Virus record (IMG/VR): IMGVR_UViG_2565956830_000005
Location: 18,930 to 82,929 of that record
Source: a virus
Taxonomy: Duplodnaviria; Caudoviricetes
DNA length: 64,000 bases
Strand: one strand, 5' to 3'
A program made the position numbers and the translations under genes. The notes under the pieces were generated by a model. The model ran no database searches. It had not been told where the DNA came from and saw only the letters and a list, made by a program, of their open reading frames with translations. This document shows, one piece after another, positions 9,555 through 17,618 of this stretch. Each line of letters starts with the position of its first letter. Within the stretch, counting starts at the first letter, position 1.

Positions 9555-9757
9555 CAGGCAGCCCTCCTTCGTCTGCGGTTGGAACGGGCGATACGACGAT
9601 TCGCGAGCAGCCGGCCCACCGCCTGCCACCAGGCCGCGCGCAACGGGCTCGTGTAGTGGGCGGCGACGACACCGTGGTCCTCGACCGTGCCGTCCGCGCG
9701 TGTGATGACCATGCGGAGCTCGCTGGAGTGGGGCACATCAGCCCGAGCGCGGCTCAC
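9554..9757 (-). CDS. Hypothetical protein
   Basis: 67 aa, overlap-coupled at both ends. Confidence 0.6.
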   Translation of the reverse strand: MSRARADVPHSSELRMVITRADGTVEDHGVVAAHYTSPLRAAWWQAVGRLLANRRIARSNRRRRRAA

Positions 9758-10062
9758 GGCTCCGCCTGCCCCGTCTGGTCACCGCGCTCGGCGGCCCACT
9801 CGGCTCGGACCTCGGCCAGGCACACCGCGTAGGGCTTGCCGGTGGCGGCCTTCCGCTCCCGGGCGAGTGACTTCTCCCCCATGCTGCCTTTCTTGGGCAT
9901 CTGGGGCTCCTGGGGATTCGCTGCTCGGGCGCGGGCCCGGGCGGCGGCTTTCGCCTGCCCGCACACCGGCGTCCGTGGGGGGCCGTCGAGGACCTGCTTG
10001 ATCACCTGGCGTTGGCGGGTACGGCGCTGCTGCCGGTTCAACTTCGGCTTCGGCTCGGCCAT
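9754..10062 (-). CDS. Hypothetical basic protein
   Basis: 102 aa, GGAGG RBS, overlap-coupled. Confidence 0.55.
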   Translation of the reverse strand: MAEPKPKLNRQQRRTRQRQVIKQVLDGPPRTPVCGQAKAAARARARAANPQEPQMPKKGSMGEKSLARERKAATGKPYAVCLAEVRAEWAAERGDQTGQAEP

Positions 10063-10397
10063 CAGTACCTCCGGCGCCCGTCCAGCCGGGCCTGCTCGGC
10101 GGCGCCGCGAGCAATGCCGCGCGCGAACGCCCCGTCGTCTGGTCGGGCGCGGGTGACGTTCACGATGACGCTCGCCTGGGTGGCGACCGCGGCCTCCCCG
10201 GGCGCCGGCTGGCAGTCGCCGGCCGGAGGGGGCGGATGCTCGGCTGCGCAGTGGGCTTTCAGCGGTTCGGTGTCAATGGTCAGGCCGACCACCAGGCGGC
10301 CGCCCACCTTCCTATGGGGCCCGGCGGACAGCGGCAGGTCGAACGGCGCGGCGCAGATCGGGCACGGGACGGCGACGGTGCTGGGGAGGGCTGCCAT
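10062..10397 (-). CDS. Hypothetical protein (CxxC...HxxxxH)
   Basis: ATG 10397 with CAGGAG RBS. Confidence 0.55.
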   Translation of the reverse strand: MAALPSTVAVPCPICAAPFDLPLSAGPHRKVGGRLVVGLTIDTEPLKAHCAAEHPPPPAGDCQPAPGEAAVATQASVIVNVTRARPDDGAFARGIARGAAEQARLDGRRRY

Positions 10398-10398
10398 G

Positions 10399-11145
10399 TC
10401 AGACTCCTGCCGGGCGTGCGGGCCACGCCCAAGTGCCGTCGCTGGTACCGCTGGCGACCTGCTGGACCCAGAACGTGTCGGGACCGTCCAGGGCGACCTG
10501 CAGGTTGCACGGGGCGTCGGAACCGTCGCCCGAGACGCGGACGATGACGGCCGGGCACACGTCACCGGCGCGGACCGCAGCTCCTCGCACATGCGCGGCC
10601 ACGCGCTGGCGGTGGATGGCGCGGACATTCGCGTGGTCCAGGCGGTAGTGGACACGGGCGCCAAGCTGTGGGACGGGCGGCGGCCAGGGGAACGGCCATG
10701 CCTCGGGCTCCGGCTCGGGGGCGGCGTCGGTCGTGTCCTTCGGGGATGAGGACATGGGCGGGTCTCCTGCGGGTGTGCGGCCGTCGGCGGCAGGGGCGCG
10801 GGTGAACGCGATCAGCTCGGTGACCTGGAGCAGCCCGGTGCGGGAGGGGTGGGGGTCGTGGGACATGCGGCCGCCGGCCCAGCAGACGGCGTGCCGCACA
10901 CCGCGCTCGGACGGCCCCCAGGCCATCCCATAGGCGCAATGCTGGTCGACGGGCTGCGTCTGCAACTGGTAGCCGCGGGCGCTGCAGAAGGCGACCATCC
11001 GCTCAAGCCAGTCGGGCCCTTCCGCTACGAAGTGCGGCACCGACTGGAGAGGCAACTCGAGGAGGCTCGCAACCGCGGCTTGGAGGCAGTTGCCCGGGCG
11101 TCCCTCGGGGTCGTCGTGAAGGATCGACTGCGTCACCGGCCGCAC
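10399..11145 (-). CDS. Papain/C39-like peptidase domain fused in frame to a conserved actinophage domain
   Basis: GNCLQAAVASLL...RHAV...HDPHP (Cys-His-Asp); second part ARVHYRL...CPAVIVRV...NLQVALDG...GTWAWP with internal RBS and ATG at 10755. Confidence 0.6.
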   Translation of the reverse strand: MRPVTQSILHDDPEGRPGNCLQAAVASLLELPLQSVPHFVAEGPDWLERMVAFCSARGYQLQTQPVDQHCAYGMAWGPSERGVRHAVCWAGGRMSHDPHPSRTGLLQVTELIAFTRAPAADGRTPAGDPPMSSSPKDTTDAAPEPEPEAWPFPWPPPVPQLGARVHYRLDHANVRAIHRQRVAAHVRGAAVRAGDVCPAVIVRVSGDGSDAPCNLQVALDGPDTFWVQQVASGTSDGTWAWPARPAGV

Positions 11146-11179
11146 AACCGCACCCCCTGTCGCTTCAAGTCGTCGGCGG

Positions 11180-11344
11180 TCAGGGCTGCTTGGGTGCGCA
11201 GTGGTGACTGACGCACCAGGCTTCGCCCTCGGCGACGAAGTGGACGTGCTTGCCTTCGGCGACGAGGTGCTGCGCGGCTTCCCAGGCCGGGCCACGGTCG
11301 GGGGTATCGGGCATGAGGGTTTCCGATCTTGGGGCGGAGGTCAT
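11180..11344 (-). CDS. Small hypothetical protein
   Basis: AWEAAQHLVAEGKHVHFVAEGEAWC; start uncertain (11344 or 11314). Confidence 0.4.
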   Translation of the reverse strand: MTSAPRSETLMPDTPDRGPAWEAAQHLVAEGKHVHFVAEGEAWCVSHHCAPKQP

Positions 11345-11345
11345 G

Positions 11346-11670
11346 CCCCGCGCGCGCTCAGGGGGCGCTGCACCGAACGCGCGCGGGGGGTGTTCGGCCG
11401 GCCCCGGCGGAGCACGTGGCGCCGGGGCCGGTGCGGTCCTCGCGGATACCGCGTGTCGCGCCCGGCCGTCAGGCATTCCGGGGCTGCCCCGGCGCTCTGC
11501 AACGGCTGGCGTACGACGCATCCGTCCCCACGGCGCCAGGCAGGGAGCCGCTGGCGTGGTGAGGAGTTGAACCGCTGCCCGGGGTGAGCCTCTGTCCCGA
11601 AAGGATCACGGCGCCCCGCCCGGGCGCATGGTCCGGGCAGCGGAGTTGGTGGTGGACCAGCACCAGGTGG
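11346..11670 (-). ncRNA. Candidate structured non-coding RNA (tandem hairpins)
   Basis: At least five consecutive inverted repeats in an intergenic gap with no convincing ORF. Confidence 0.35.
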
Positions 11671-11677
11671 TGGTCCC

Positions 11678-12040
11678 TCAGACGGTTGCGAGATCCGCGA
11701 CGCTCCCCTGGACCGCCTTCACCGTCACCTCGTACACCGTCTCGAGCTCCTTGCCGTCCGGGTCGACGTCGGACATGACCCATGTGCTCGCCACTGCGGA
11801 GTCCGCACGGTCGGCTGCCACCAGAAGGGCCCGGAGATCGGCGATGGGCGTGGCGTCGTCGGCCCTTTCCACGGACACAAGGTGGTCGTCGCGGACGGTG
11901 AAGACAGCCTGATTGTCCGAGTTCTTGAAGGTGGTGAAGCCGGCCACGGTCCTGTAGTACGCGGCTTCGATGCGGTGGGCGTTGAGTGTGGGCAGTGCGC
12001 CGGTGTTCACGATGAAGACGTGCATGGCCGCCTTGGACAT
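11678..12040 (-). CDS. Hypothetical protein
   Basis: 120 aa, GGAG RBS, phage-like codon usage. Confidence 0.7.
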   Translation of the reverse strand: MSKAAMHVFIVNTGALPTLNAHRIEAAYYRTVAGFTTFKNSDNQAVFTVRDDHLVSVERADDATPIADLRALLVAADRADSAVASTWVMSDVDPDGKELETVYEVTVKAVQGSVADLATV

Positions 12041-12238
12041 GGTGATGCTCCAGATGCTGGTGATGGTGGTGGTTGTGCTGCAGACGCGGCAACGGCCCCG
12101 CCCCGGCAGTGGAGTTGGTGGACCGCCGTCGAATCGGCGACCCTCAGCGCCGCCCGGCGGCGGTCTCTTCCCTCCGGCCGCGGCTGGCGTGCCACAGCGG
12201 AGAGCCTTGGTGGTGCGGGACGGTTATGGGGCGGCTGG

Positions 12239-12496
12239 TCAGGCATAAGTGGCGACGGGCGCGGTGTAGGTGCGGCGGGCGCGGCGGCGGGTGGCGGCTT
12301 CGGCGCGGATCACGTCGACGGCTCGGAAGAGTGGCTGGCCGGCAAGGTTGCTGATGGGCTTGCCGGCATCGTTGCGGGCCTGCTTGAGGTGTCCCCGGTA
12401 CTTCCAGTTCCGTACGACGTTGGGGTCGACGCCCGCTGCCTCGGCGGCTTCGGCAGCAGTCCAGAGTGTCTGCTGGAGGTCACCGGTGAGGTCCAT
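12239..12496 (-). CDS. MerR/BldC-like helix-turn-helix protein
   Basis: LWTAAEAAEAAGVDPNVVRNWKYRGHL...PLFRAVDV; GGAGGT RBS. Confidence 0.8.
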   Translation of the reverse strand: MDLTGDLQQTLWTAAEAAEAAGVDPNVVRNWKYRGHLKQARNDAGKPISNLAGQPLFRAVDVIRAEAATRRRARRTYTAPVATYA

Positions 12497-12528
12497 GGCC
12501 ACCTCCGAGGTGTACGGGTCCGGGAACG

Positions 12529-12555
12529 AAAAAAGGCCCCGCGTTGTCGCGAGGC
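12529..12555 (-). terminator. Intrinsic terminator
   Basis: Minus strand GCCTCGCG-ACAA-CGCGGGGC followed by CTTTTTT. Confidence 0.7.
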
Positions 12556-12587
12556 ATTCCTGCGTGTGGACACAGTGATCCGCGCTC

Positions 12588-12616
12588 AGCATCATGCGTG
12601 ATGTGCAGCGCGTCAA
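12588..12616 (-). promoter_or_regulatory. Putative late promoter
   Basis: TTGACG-17 nt-GATGCT, overlapping the stop of the upstream gene, about 30 nt before the terminator stem. Confidence 0.45.
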
Positions 12617-13428
12617 GCAGCGGTTTCTTCCGGCGCGCCGTCCGGGTGAACCGGCGCACGCCGCGCCGCGGTCTCCTGGTCGGCGAGGTCTTTGACGTAG
12701 CGCCGGTACTCGGCGTGGGTGAACAGGGCGCGGCAGTCGGCGTCCTGGCATTCGATGTAGGGCTCGTCGTCGACGAGGCGGAGGTCGCGGGATTCGGTGA
12801 GCCAGGGGCCGCCGCAGCGCTTGCAGGGGGCGAATCGTTTCGTCTCGGGGGCTTTGTCACGGCCGGTGAAGCGCGTTGCGGCGCGGTGCCATGCGGCGAT
12901 CTGCGCGGCCGGGTTGGTCGACGGGACGAGCAACGGGCCGAGACGCGCGGCCTCATGGGACTCGGCGGCCAGAGGGTGTTGCTGCAGGAGCCAGTCGACG
13001 TGCGCGGTGAGTAGCCGGGTCGTGCGGCCGATCCACTCCCCTTCCCGCACGCCGGGCTCGTGGACCGGGTGCTCGCCGAGGCCTCGGAGACGTCGTACGT
13101 CGGCGGCGACTTCGGCGAGTCCGCCGGCGATGTGGTCGGTCATCAGCCGAGCGGCCTGACCGGGCCACGGTGTGGTGTCGGTGGGCGCACTGGTCGTCGA
13201 AGCGGTGGGGGCGCCGCGTGTGCCGTGGAGGGGTTCGAGGCTGATGGCGACGAGGAGTTCGGGGAGCTCGGCCAGGTGCCGGCGCGCGCGGTCGACGCAG
13301 GCGTCGCAGTGCAGCGGGTCGCCCCAGGTGACGGGGATGTCGTGCGGGACGTTGTCGGTGCGGCGCTGGTGTTCTGCGCGGCGCCAGGCGGTGTTGCAGA
13401 CGCCGAGGCAGGGAGCGGGAGTTGGCAT
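12613..13428 (-). CDS. Multi-CxxC zinc-binding protein, putative late-gene regulator
   Basis: CLGVC, HCDAC...LAELPELL, PCKRC...ECQDADC; ATG 13428 with GGGAGG RBS; sits at the early/late boundary. Confidence 0.6.
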   Translation of the reverse strand: MPTPAPCLGVCNTAWRRAEHQRRTDNVPHDIPVTWGDPLHCDACVDRARRHLAELPELLVAISLEPLHGTRGAPTASTTSAPTDTTPWPGQAARLMTDHIAGGLAEVAADVRRLRGLGEHPVHEPGVREGEWIGRTTRLLTAHVDWLLQQHPLAAESHEAARLGPLLVPSTNPAAQIAAWHRAATRFTGRDKAPETKRFAPCKRCGGPWLTESRDLRLVDDEPYIECQDADCRALFTHAEYRRYVKDLADQETAARRAPVHPDGAPEETAA

Positions 13429-13474
13429 GCGGGGCCTCCCCGGAAGCGGGCGGGACAGCAAGGGGGCGGGTGCG

Positions 13475-13504
13475 CGAACGGCCCCGCCGAGGCGGGGCCG
13501 TTCG
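13475..13504. terminator. Perfect hairpin, probable terminator
   Basis: CGAACGGCCCCGC-CGAG-GCGGGGCCGTTCG. Confidence 0.65.
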
Positions 13505-13612
13505 TCGTGCAGCGACCTGAACCTGGATGGCACCTGTTCAGGCCTCGATCTTGCCCCACACGCCACACAAGACGCAAGAAAAGGGGTCAAACATGCCCGT
13601 TCGGCGAGCGAA

Positions 13613-14104
13613 TCACTCCTGCGGCTCGGGCGTCTCCTCGGTCCAGTCCCACGCCTCGGCAAGGAACTTCAGGCTGCGGCACGGGGCTTCGATCGGATCG
13701 CCTGAGCTGTCGCGACAGGTAAGGCAGACCTTCGGGCTGTCGCGGCATTCGCCCTCGCAGAAGGCGGGGCACTTCTCGCCGTAGGAGTGGCTGAACCTGC
13801 CGTGATCGGGAACCGGGATGTGCTCGTCGTGCTGCTTCCGGTCAGCGGCGATCCGGAGCAGGACGGCGGCTGGGGAGTTGCGGGCGATGTGCCGGGCGTC
13901 TGCGAGCCGTACACCACCTCCGTTGTCGTGGCTGCCGGCAACGACGTCGCAGTCCAGGGGGCGGGTGCCGATGACCGCGGCGAAGTCGTAGCCGTAGGGG
14001 TAGTCAGTGACGTGCCACGGCCCGGGAGTCGCCCCTTCCGCATCGGCCTGCGCCGCGGCCAGCGTCTCCCGCAGCCACGACACCATTCGGTCCGTGCCCG
14101 TCAC
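13613..14104 (-). CDS. DUF6221-like protein
   Basis: WLRETL...ATPGPW...DARHIARNSPAAVLLRIAADRK...PCRSLKFLA. Confidence 0.7.
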   Translation of the reverse strand: MTGTDRMVSWLRETLAAAQADAEGATPGPWHVTDYPYGYDFAAVIGTRPLDCDVVAGSHDNGGGVRLADARHIARNSPAAVLLRIAADRKQHDEHIPVPDHGRFSHSYGEKCPAFCEGECRDSPKVCLTCRDSSGDPIEAPCRSLKFLAEAWDWTEETPEPQE

Positions 14105-14331
14105 GACGCCCGCCCTGCGCGCCACACGACGTATCGAATCTCAGCGCGGCGCATCCATCCCCGCCGGTTGAACAGCAGCCAGTCCACGATCCGCTCCCAC
14201 CGTCCAGCTGAGTCGCAGGCCGCACACCGGTACACGCCGTCCCGGCCCCGCCGGAGACGCGGCGGATGCGTCTTGTGGGCCTCCAGAGCGGCGAAGTACG
14301 CCGCTTCCAGCACGGCCAGCTCGCCCGTCAC
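14101..14331 (-). CDS. Hypothetical protein
   Basis: GTG with GGAGGAG RBS; CAAC motif; GTGA overlap. Confidence 0.55.
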   Translation of the reverse strand: MTGELAVLEAAYFAALEAHKTHPPRLRRGRDGVYRCAACDSAGRWERIVDWLLFNRRGWMRRAEIRYVVWRAGRAS

Positions 14332-14333
14332 CG

Positions 14334-14789
14334 CTACTCCTCCCCGCTTCGGCCCCAGCCCTTGGCGAGCAGGAGTACGCGCCGTGCCACGCGTGTGTCC
14401 CGGCCGCAATCGCAGGGCTTGCCGAGCCTGGAGTCGTCACACGTCTCACCGCCATCCCGCTCCTCTGTGGCAGCGGCGCAGGTGTACCAGCAGTCTCCCT
14501 CGACGACTTGGTGCTTCTCGCCGAGCAAGTCGTCGAGGAGTTTCCGGTCGGCGGCGATCCGACGCAGCACGGCGGCCGGATCGTTGTCGGCCATGAACGT
14601 GCCGGGCGCCGGGTCGAGGTAATCGACCTCGGCCACCATGAACCCAGGCGTGCCCGTGGCGTTGAGGCTGCCGTGCGCGTGATGTTCCCACTCGGCGCTG
14701 CCCGTCTCCGTCGCAGCCGCTTGTGCTCGCTGCGTGGCCGCGTTCATGGCCTCCCGCAGCCACACCACCAGGTGGTCGGTGTCGGTCAC
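14334..14789 (-). CDS. DUF6221-like protein
   Basis: LVVWLREAM...FMADNDPAAVLRRIAADRKLL...LLLAKGW. Confidence 0.7.
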   Translation of the reverse strand: MTDTDHLVVWLREAMNAATQRAQAAATETGSAEWEHHAHGSLNATGTPGFMVAEVDYLDPAPGTFMADNDPAAVLRRIAADRKLLDDLLGEKHQVVEGDCWYTCAAATEERDGGETCDDSRLGKPCDCGRDTRVARRVLLLAKGWGRSGEE

Positions 14790-15271
14790 GGCGTCCACCT
14801 CGGGCTCGGCTTGAGCGCGTCCCGGATCATGCCGGGGGTCACGATCATCCGGCGCCCGAGTTCCTGCATGCGAGTCTCCATGGCGCTCAGCAGCATGTAC
14901 TTCTCGTGCAACTCGCTGAGCGCGTCCCGCTGATCGCAGTGCCACAGCCAGTGCATCGCCCGGTCGGCCGCCACGGCGACCGTTTCGGGGGGTGCGTCGG
15001 CTTCGATGTCGAGGCGGGTGCGCCAGTCGAGGCGGGTGCGCTCGGGGGCTCCGTAGTCGTCGCCGATACCGAATGCCAGTCGTCCGTCGACCAGGTGCCA
15101 GGACAGCCAGAACTCGGAGAACTGCATGGCGTGGCCGGTGCTGGGGTCGGGGAAGGTCATCTTGATCTCAACGTCGGTGACGTACTCCGGATCCCAACCC
15201 AGGGCTCCGAGCCGATCGCTAAGCGCCTGGGTCGTCTCGCCTGGAAGGGGCACGTAGGGGTTGTCCGGCAT
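14786..15271 (-). CDS. Hypothetical protein
   Basis: 161 aa, coupled overlaps. Confidence 0.7.
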   Translation of the reverse strand: MPDNPYVPLPGETTQALSDRLGALGWDPEYVTDVEIKMTFPDPSTGHAMQFSEFWLSWHLVDGRLAFGIGDDYGAPERTRLDWRTRLDIEADAPPETVAVAADRAMHWLWHCDQRDALSELHEKYMLLSAMETRMQELGRRMIVTPGMIRDALKPSPRWTP

Positions 15272-15471
15272 CAGTAGCAGCCTCGGTTCATGTCGCCGAT
15301 GCAGGTGGTGTTGGCGCGGACGAGGCGGATGATGTTCTGCGCCCGCTCGGCCGTGTCCGTGGTCTGGCCGGTGGGGTCGACGATCGCCGCGATCAACGGG
15401 ACCAGTTGCTCGTCAGGGAGCACGCCGTAGCCCGGCAGGGTGCTGTACCGATACGGCTCTGAAGCGGTCAT
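15271..15471 (-). CDS. Hypothetical protein
   Basis: 66 aa, coupled overlap. Confidence 0.6.
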   Translation of the reverse strand: MTASEPYRYSTLPGYGVLPDEQLVPLIAAIVDPTGQTTDTAERAQNIIRLVRANTTCIGDMNRGCY

Positions 15472-15477
15472 GCTGTC

Positions 15478-15750
15478 TCACCTTCCGGCGTGCGCGGAGT
15501 CGGCGAGGCAGCTGGAGCAGACGCCGTCGGTCATGGGCACGTCGTGGGTTTCGCAGGTCTGGTCGCTGTCGAGTTCGTCGGCGTGCGCGAGGAGGTCGGC
15601 GGCCACCGCTCGTGTCTCGTCCGCGGTGAGGTGCGCGACGCCTGCGGCCGGGTCCAGGTCGATGGCCACGTAGTTGTCGCCGAAGCGCTCGATGCTGACG
15701 GCCAGCGTCCCGTCGGGCGCGCATCCGCGGCCGAAGGTGTGGAAGGCCAC
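15478..15750 (-). CDS. Hypothetical protein
   Basis: GTG 15750 with CAGGAG RBS; LTADETRAVAADLLAHADEL. Confidence 0.6.
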   Translation of the reverse strand: MAFHTFGRGCAPDGTLAVSIERFGDNYVAIDLDPAAGVAHLTADETRAVAADLLAHADELDSDQTCETHDVPMTDGVCSSCLADSAHAGR

Positions 15751-15752
15751 GG

Positions 15753-16025
15753 CTACCGCTCCTGCGTGATGGTGTACGCCGGCTGCGGCTGATGGCAGGA
15801 GTGTGAGCAGCGGCCGACGTAGACGTCGGCGTAGTCCAGGGCCTCGCCGCCGTCGCGGTAGAGGAGTCCGTCGCGGCACTCTGGGTCGCCGGCCCTGGTG
15901 CACTCCGCGCAGGGGCGTGGCGTGGCGTCGTGGGTGTACGGCGGCCCTTCCGGAGTGGGAGGGGCGAGGATCGCGTGGATCAACTGCCCTGCGCCTTCAG
16001 GGAACATTGGCGACACATCGGTCAT
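15753..16025 (-). CDS. Hypothetical Cys-rich protein, probably leaderless
   Basis: ATG 16025 lies 6 nt after a CATACT -10-like hexamer. Confidence 0.55.
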   Translation of the reverse strand: MTDVSPMFPEGAGQLIHAILAPPTPEGPPYTHDATPRPCAECTRAGDPECRDGLLYRDGGEALDYADVYVGRCSHSCHQPQPAYTITQER

Positions 16026-16212
16026 GCGGCCAGTATGGCGGCCACGTTGAAATCCGAGCTCGGAATTCCTTGAGCGTGGGGCTTTGCAGGGAGCAGATGC
16101 CAGCTGGGGGCAGCGGCGCAGCTCGCGATCGGACATGCTGACACCGGGTCTGAGCCTTGGCCGGTCCGGACCGCGCAGGAGGGGCCGCGGGGTGGTTCCC
16201 GCAGCCTGCGGT

Positions 16213-16782
16213 TCAGCTCCCGTTCGCGATCTTCGCGGCGTCTTTGTCGGCTTTCGCCAAGGCGTTCAGTGCGTCGGAGGCGTCCTTCCGTGTCTTCGCG
16301 TTCGGTGCGTCCGGGCTGGTGCCGTCGTTGGCGAACTGGGTGATTGTCGCGTTCGCGACCCCGTTGTCCGAGCGCCACTGCTCGAGGAGATCTGTCGGCT
16401 CGTTGTCGGCGGTGAAGAGAGCGTCGGCTTTCGAGAATGCGGTCTGCTTCATGTCGAGGCCGACCACGGCCTTCTGGTACCAGGCCGTGAAGTCCGTTGT
16501 GCCGACGGTCGTCTGGCCCTTGGAGAGGAAGGTGCGGAAGTCGGTGTCCTCTTGTGTGAGGATCGCTGCCGCTTTCTTCCGTGCCTGCGCTGTGGGCGGC
16601 TTCTTCGCGGCGGTGCCAGTGCTGCCGGCCTTCGCTGGTGCAGCGGTTTTCGTGGGCTTCGCGGAGTGGCTGGCGGTGGCGCTGGAGGTCTTGGCGGAGT
16701 GGGTCTTGGTGCTGCCGCTGTTGCATGCGGCCAGGGGGCCGAGCAGGAGGACGGTGGCCGTGATGGTGAGGGTTCGTCGCAT
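16213..16782 (-). CDS. Lipoprotein (moron)
   Basis: MRRTLTITATVLLLGPLAAC lipobox, Lys/Thr/Ala linker, helical domain; CACTAT lies 7 nt upstream of the ATG. Confidence 0.8.
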   Translation of the reverse strand: MRRTLTITATVLLLGPLAACNSGSTKTHSAKTSSATASHSAKPTKTAAPAKAGSTGTAAKKPPTAQARKKAAAILTQEDTDFRTFLSKGQTTVGTTDFTAWYQKAVVGLDMKQTAFSKADALFTADNEPTDLLEQWRSDNGVANATITQFANDGTSPDAPNAKTRKDASDALNALAKADKDAAKIANGS

Positions 16783-16913
16783 GCGGGCGATAGTGAACGT
16801 CCGTACAGTTCTTCGGGCAGGGAGTGGCGGAGTTGTGACGGTGTGTTCGGGGGTTCGCACACGCTGAAGCGCCGTCAGGCGGTCGGCGGGGCTTCGACTT
16901 CCGTGGACGGACA

Positions 16914-16944
16914 GAGGCCCTCCGCTACACGCGCGGAGGGCCTC
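16914..16944. terminator. Hairpin terminator
   Basis: GAGGCCCTCCGC-7 nt-GCGGAGGGCCTC just downstream of the 16970 stop. Confidence 0.7.
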
Positions 16945-16969
16945 GTCGGTTCCGGGTGTACCCGGAGTG

Positions 16970-17356
16970 TTAGTTACGCGTCCAGCCTGTCTGTCCTACC
17001 CAGACGGTCTGGTTGTTGCGCGTGGGCACCACGTCGTACCGGGCTACGTACTGGTAGTAGCCGGCCCGGCCGCTCTTGCAGAAGATGTTCGCGATGATTG
17101 TGTTCTTCTGCCCGAGTCCGACCCTGCCGTAGACCAGATCGTCGCCCCAGTCCCAGTTGGTGCTCCAGTAGTCCGTGTACGCCTGGATGCCGGTCACCGT
17201 GCCGTTGGTGCAGTTTCCCAGCCATTTGGGAAAGGCGATGTAGACCCAGCCGGTGCTGGCCGCCTGCGCCGTTCCTTCCGTGGCAGCGACCCCGCTCATG
17301 GCCAGGCCGAGCGCGGACAGGGTCACGGCGAGCTTCTTGAACTTCGCCTTAAGCAT
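16970..17356 (-). CDS. Small secreted protein (Sec signal, two Cys)
   Basis: MLKAKFKKLAVTLSALGLAMSGVAATEGTAQA|AS signal peptide; Trp/Tyr-rich mature part; GAGGGG RBS. Confidence 0.8.
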   Translation of the reverse strand: MLKAKFKKLAVTLSALGLAMSGVAATEGTAQAASTGWVYIAFPKWLGNCTNGTVTGIQAYTDYWSTNWDWGDDLVYGRVGLGQKNTIIANIFCKSGRAGYYQYVARYDVVPTRNNQTVWVGQTGWTRN

Positions 17357-17618
17357 GTGCCCCCTCAACTTGCAGATGTGCGGTCTCCCTGCGTCGGCCG
17401 AAGAGCTAGGCACGACGCTGGAGTGCCGATCATGTCCGGTGGATGCTCGGTGTGAACGCGCGAGGGAAGCGCGATGCCTATACGTAACATCAGGTTCTAT
17501 TACCCGTCCCATCAGCGGTGCGCTGTCGCGAATCTGTTCGCATGAGGCCCGCTGTCGGCCGCTTTACCAGGCAGCCACGCAGCGAGACGCAGACCTCCCG
17601 GGAACACCCGACTGGAAG

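Noticed and set aside
11550-11585. tRNA-like T-loop (GGTTCAACTCC...CCA on the minus strand)
   Set aside because: The T-stem does not pair and no acceptor, D or anticodon arms can be built.
17528-17542. Second SOS box (CGAATCTGTTCG)
   Set aside because: Two bases too short for CGAAC-N4-GTTCG.
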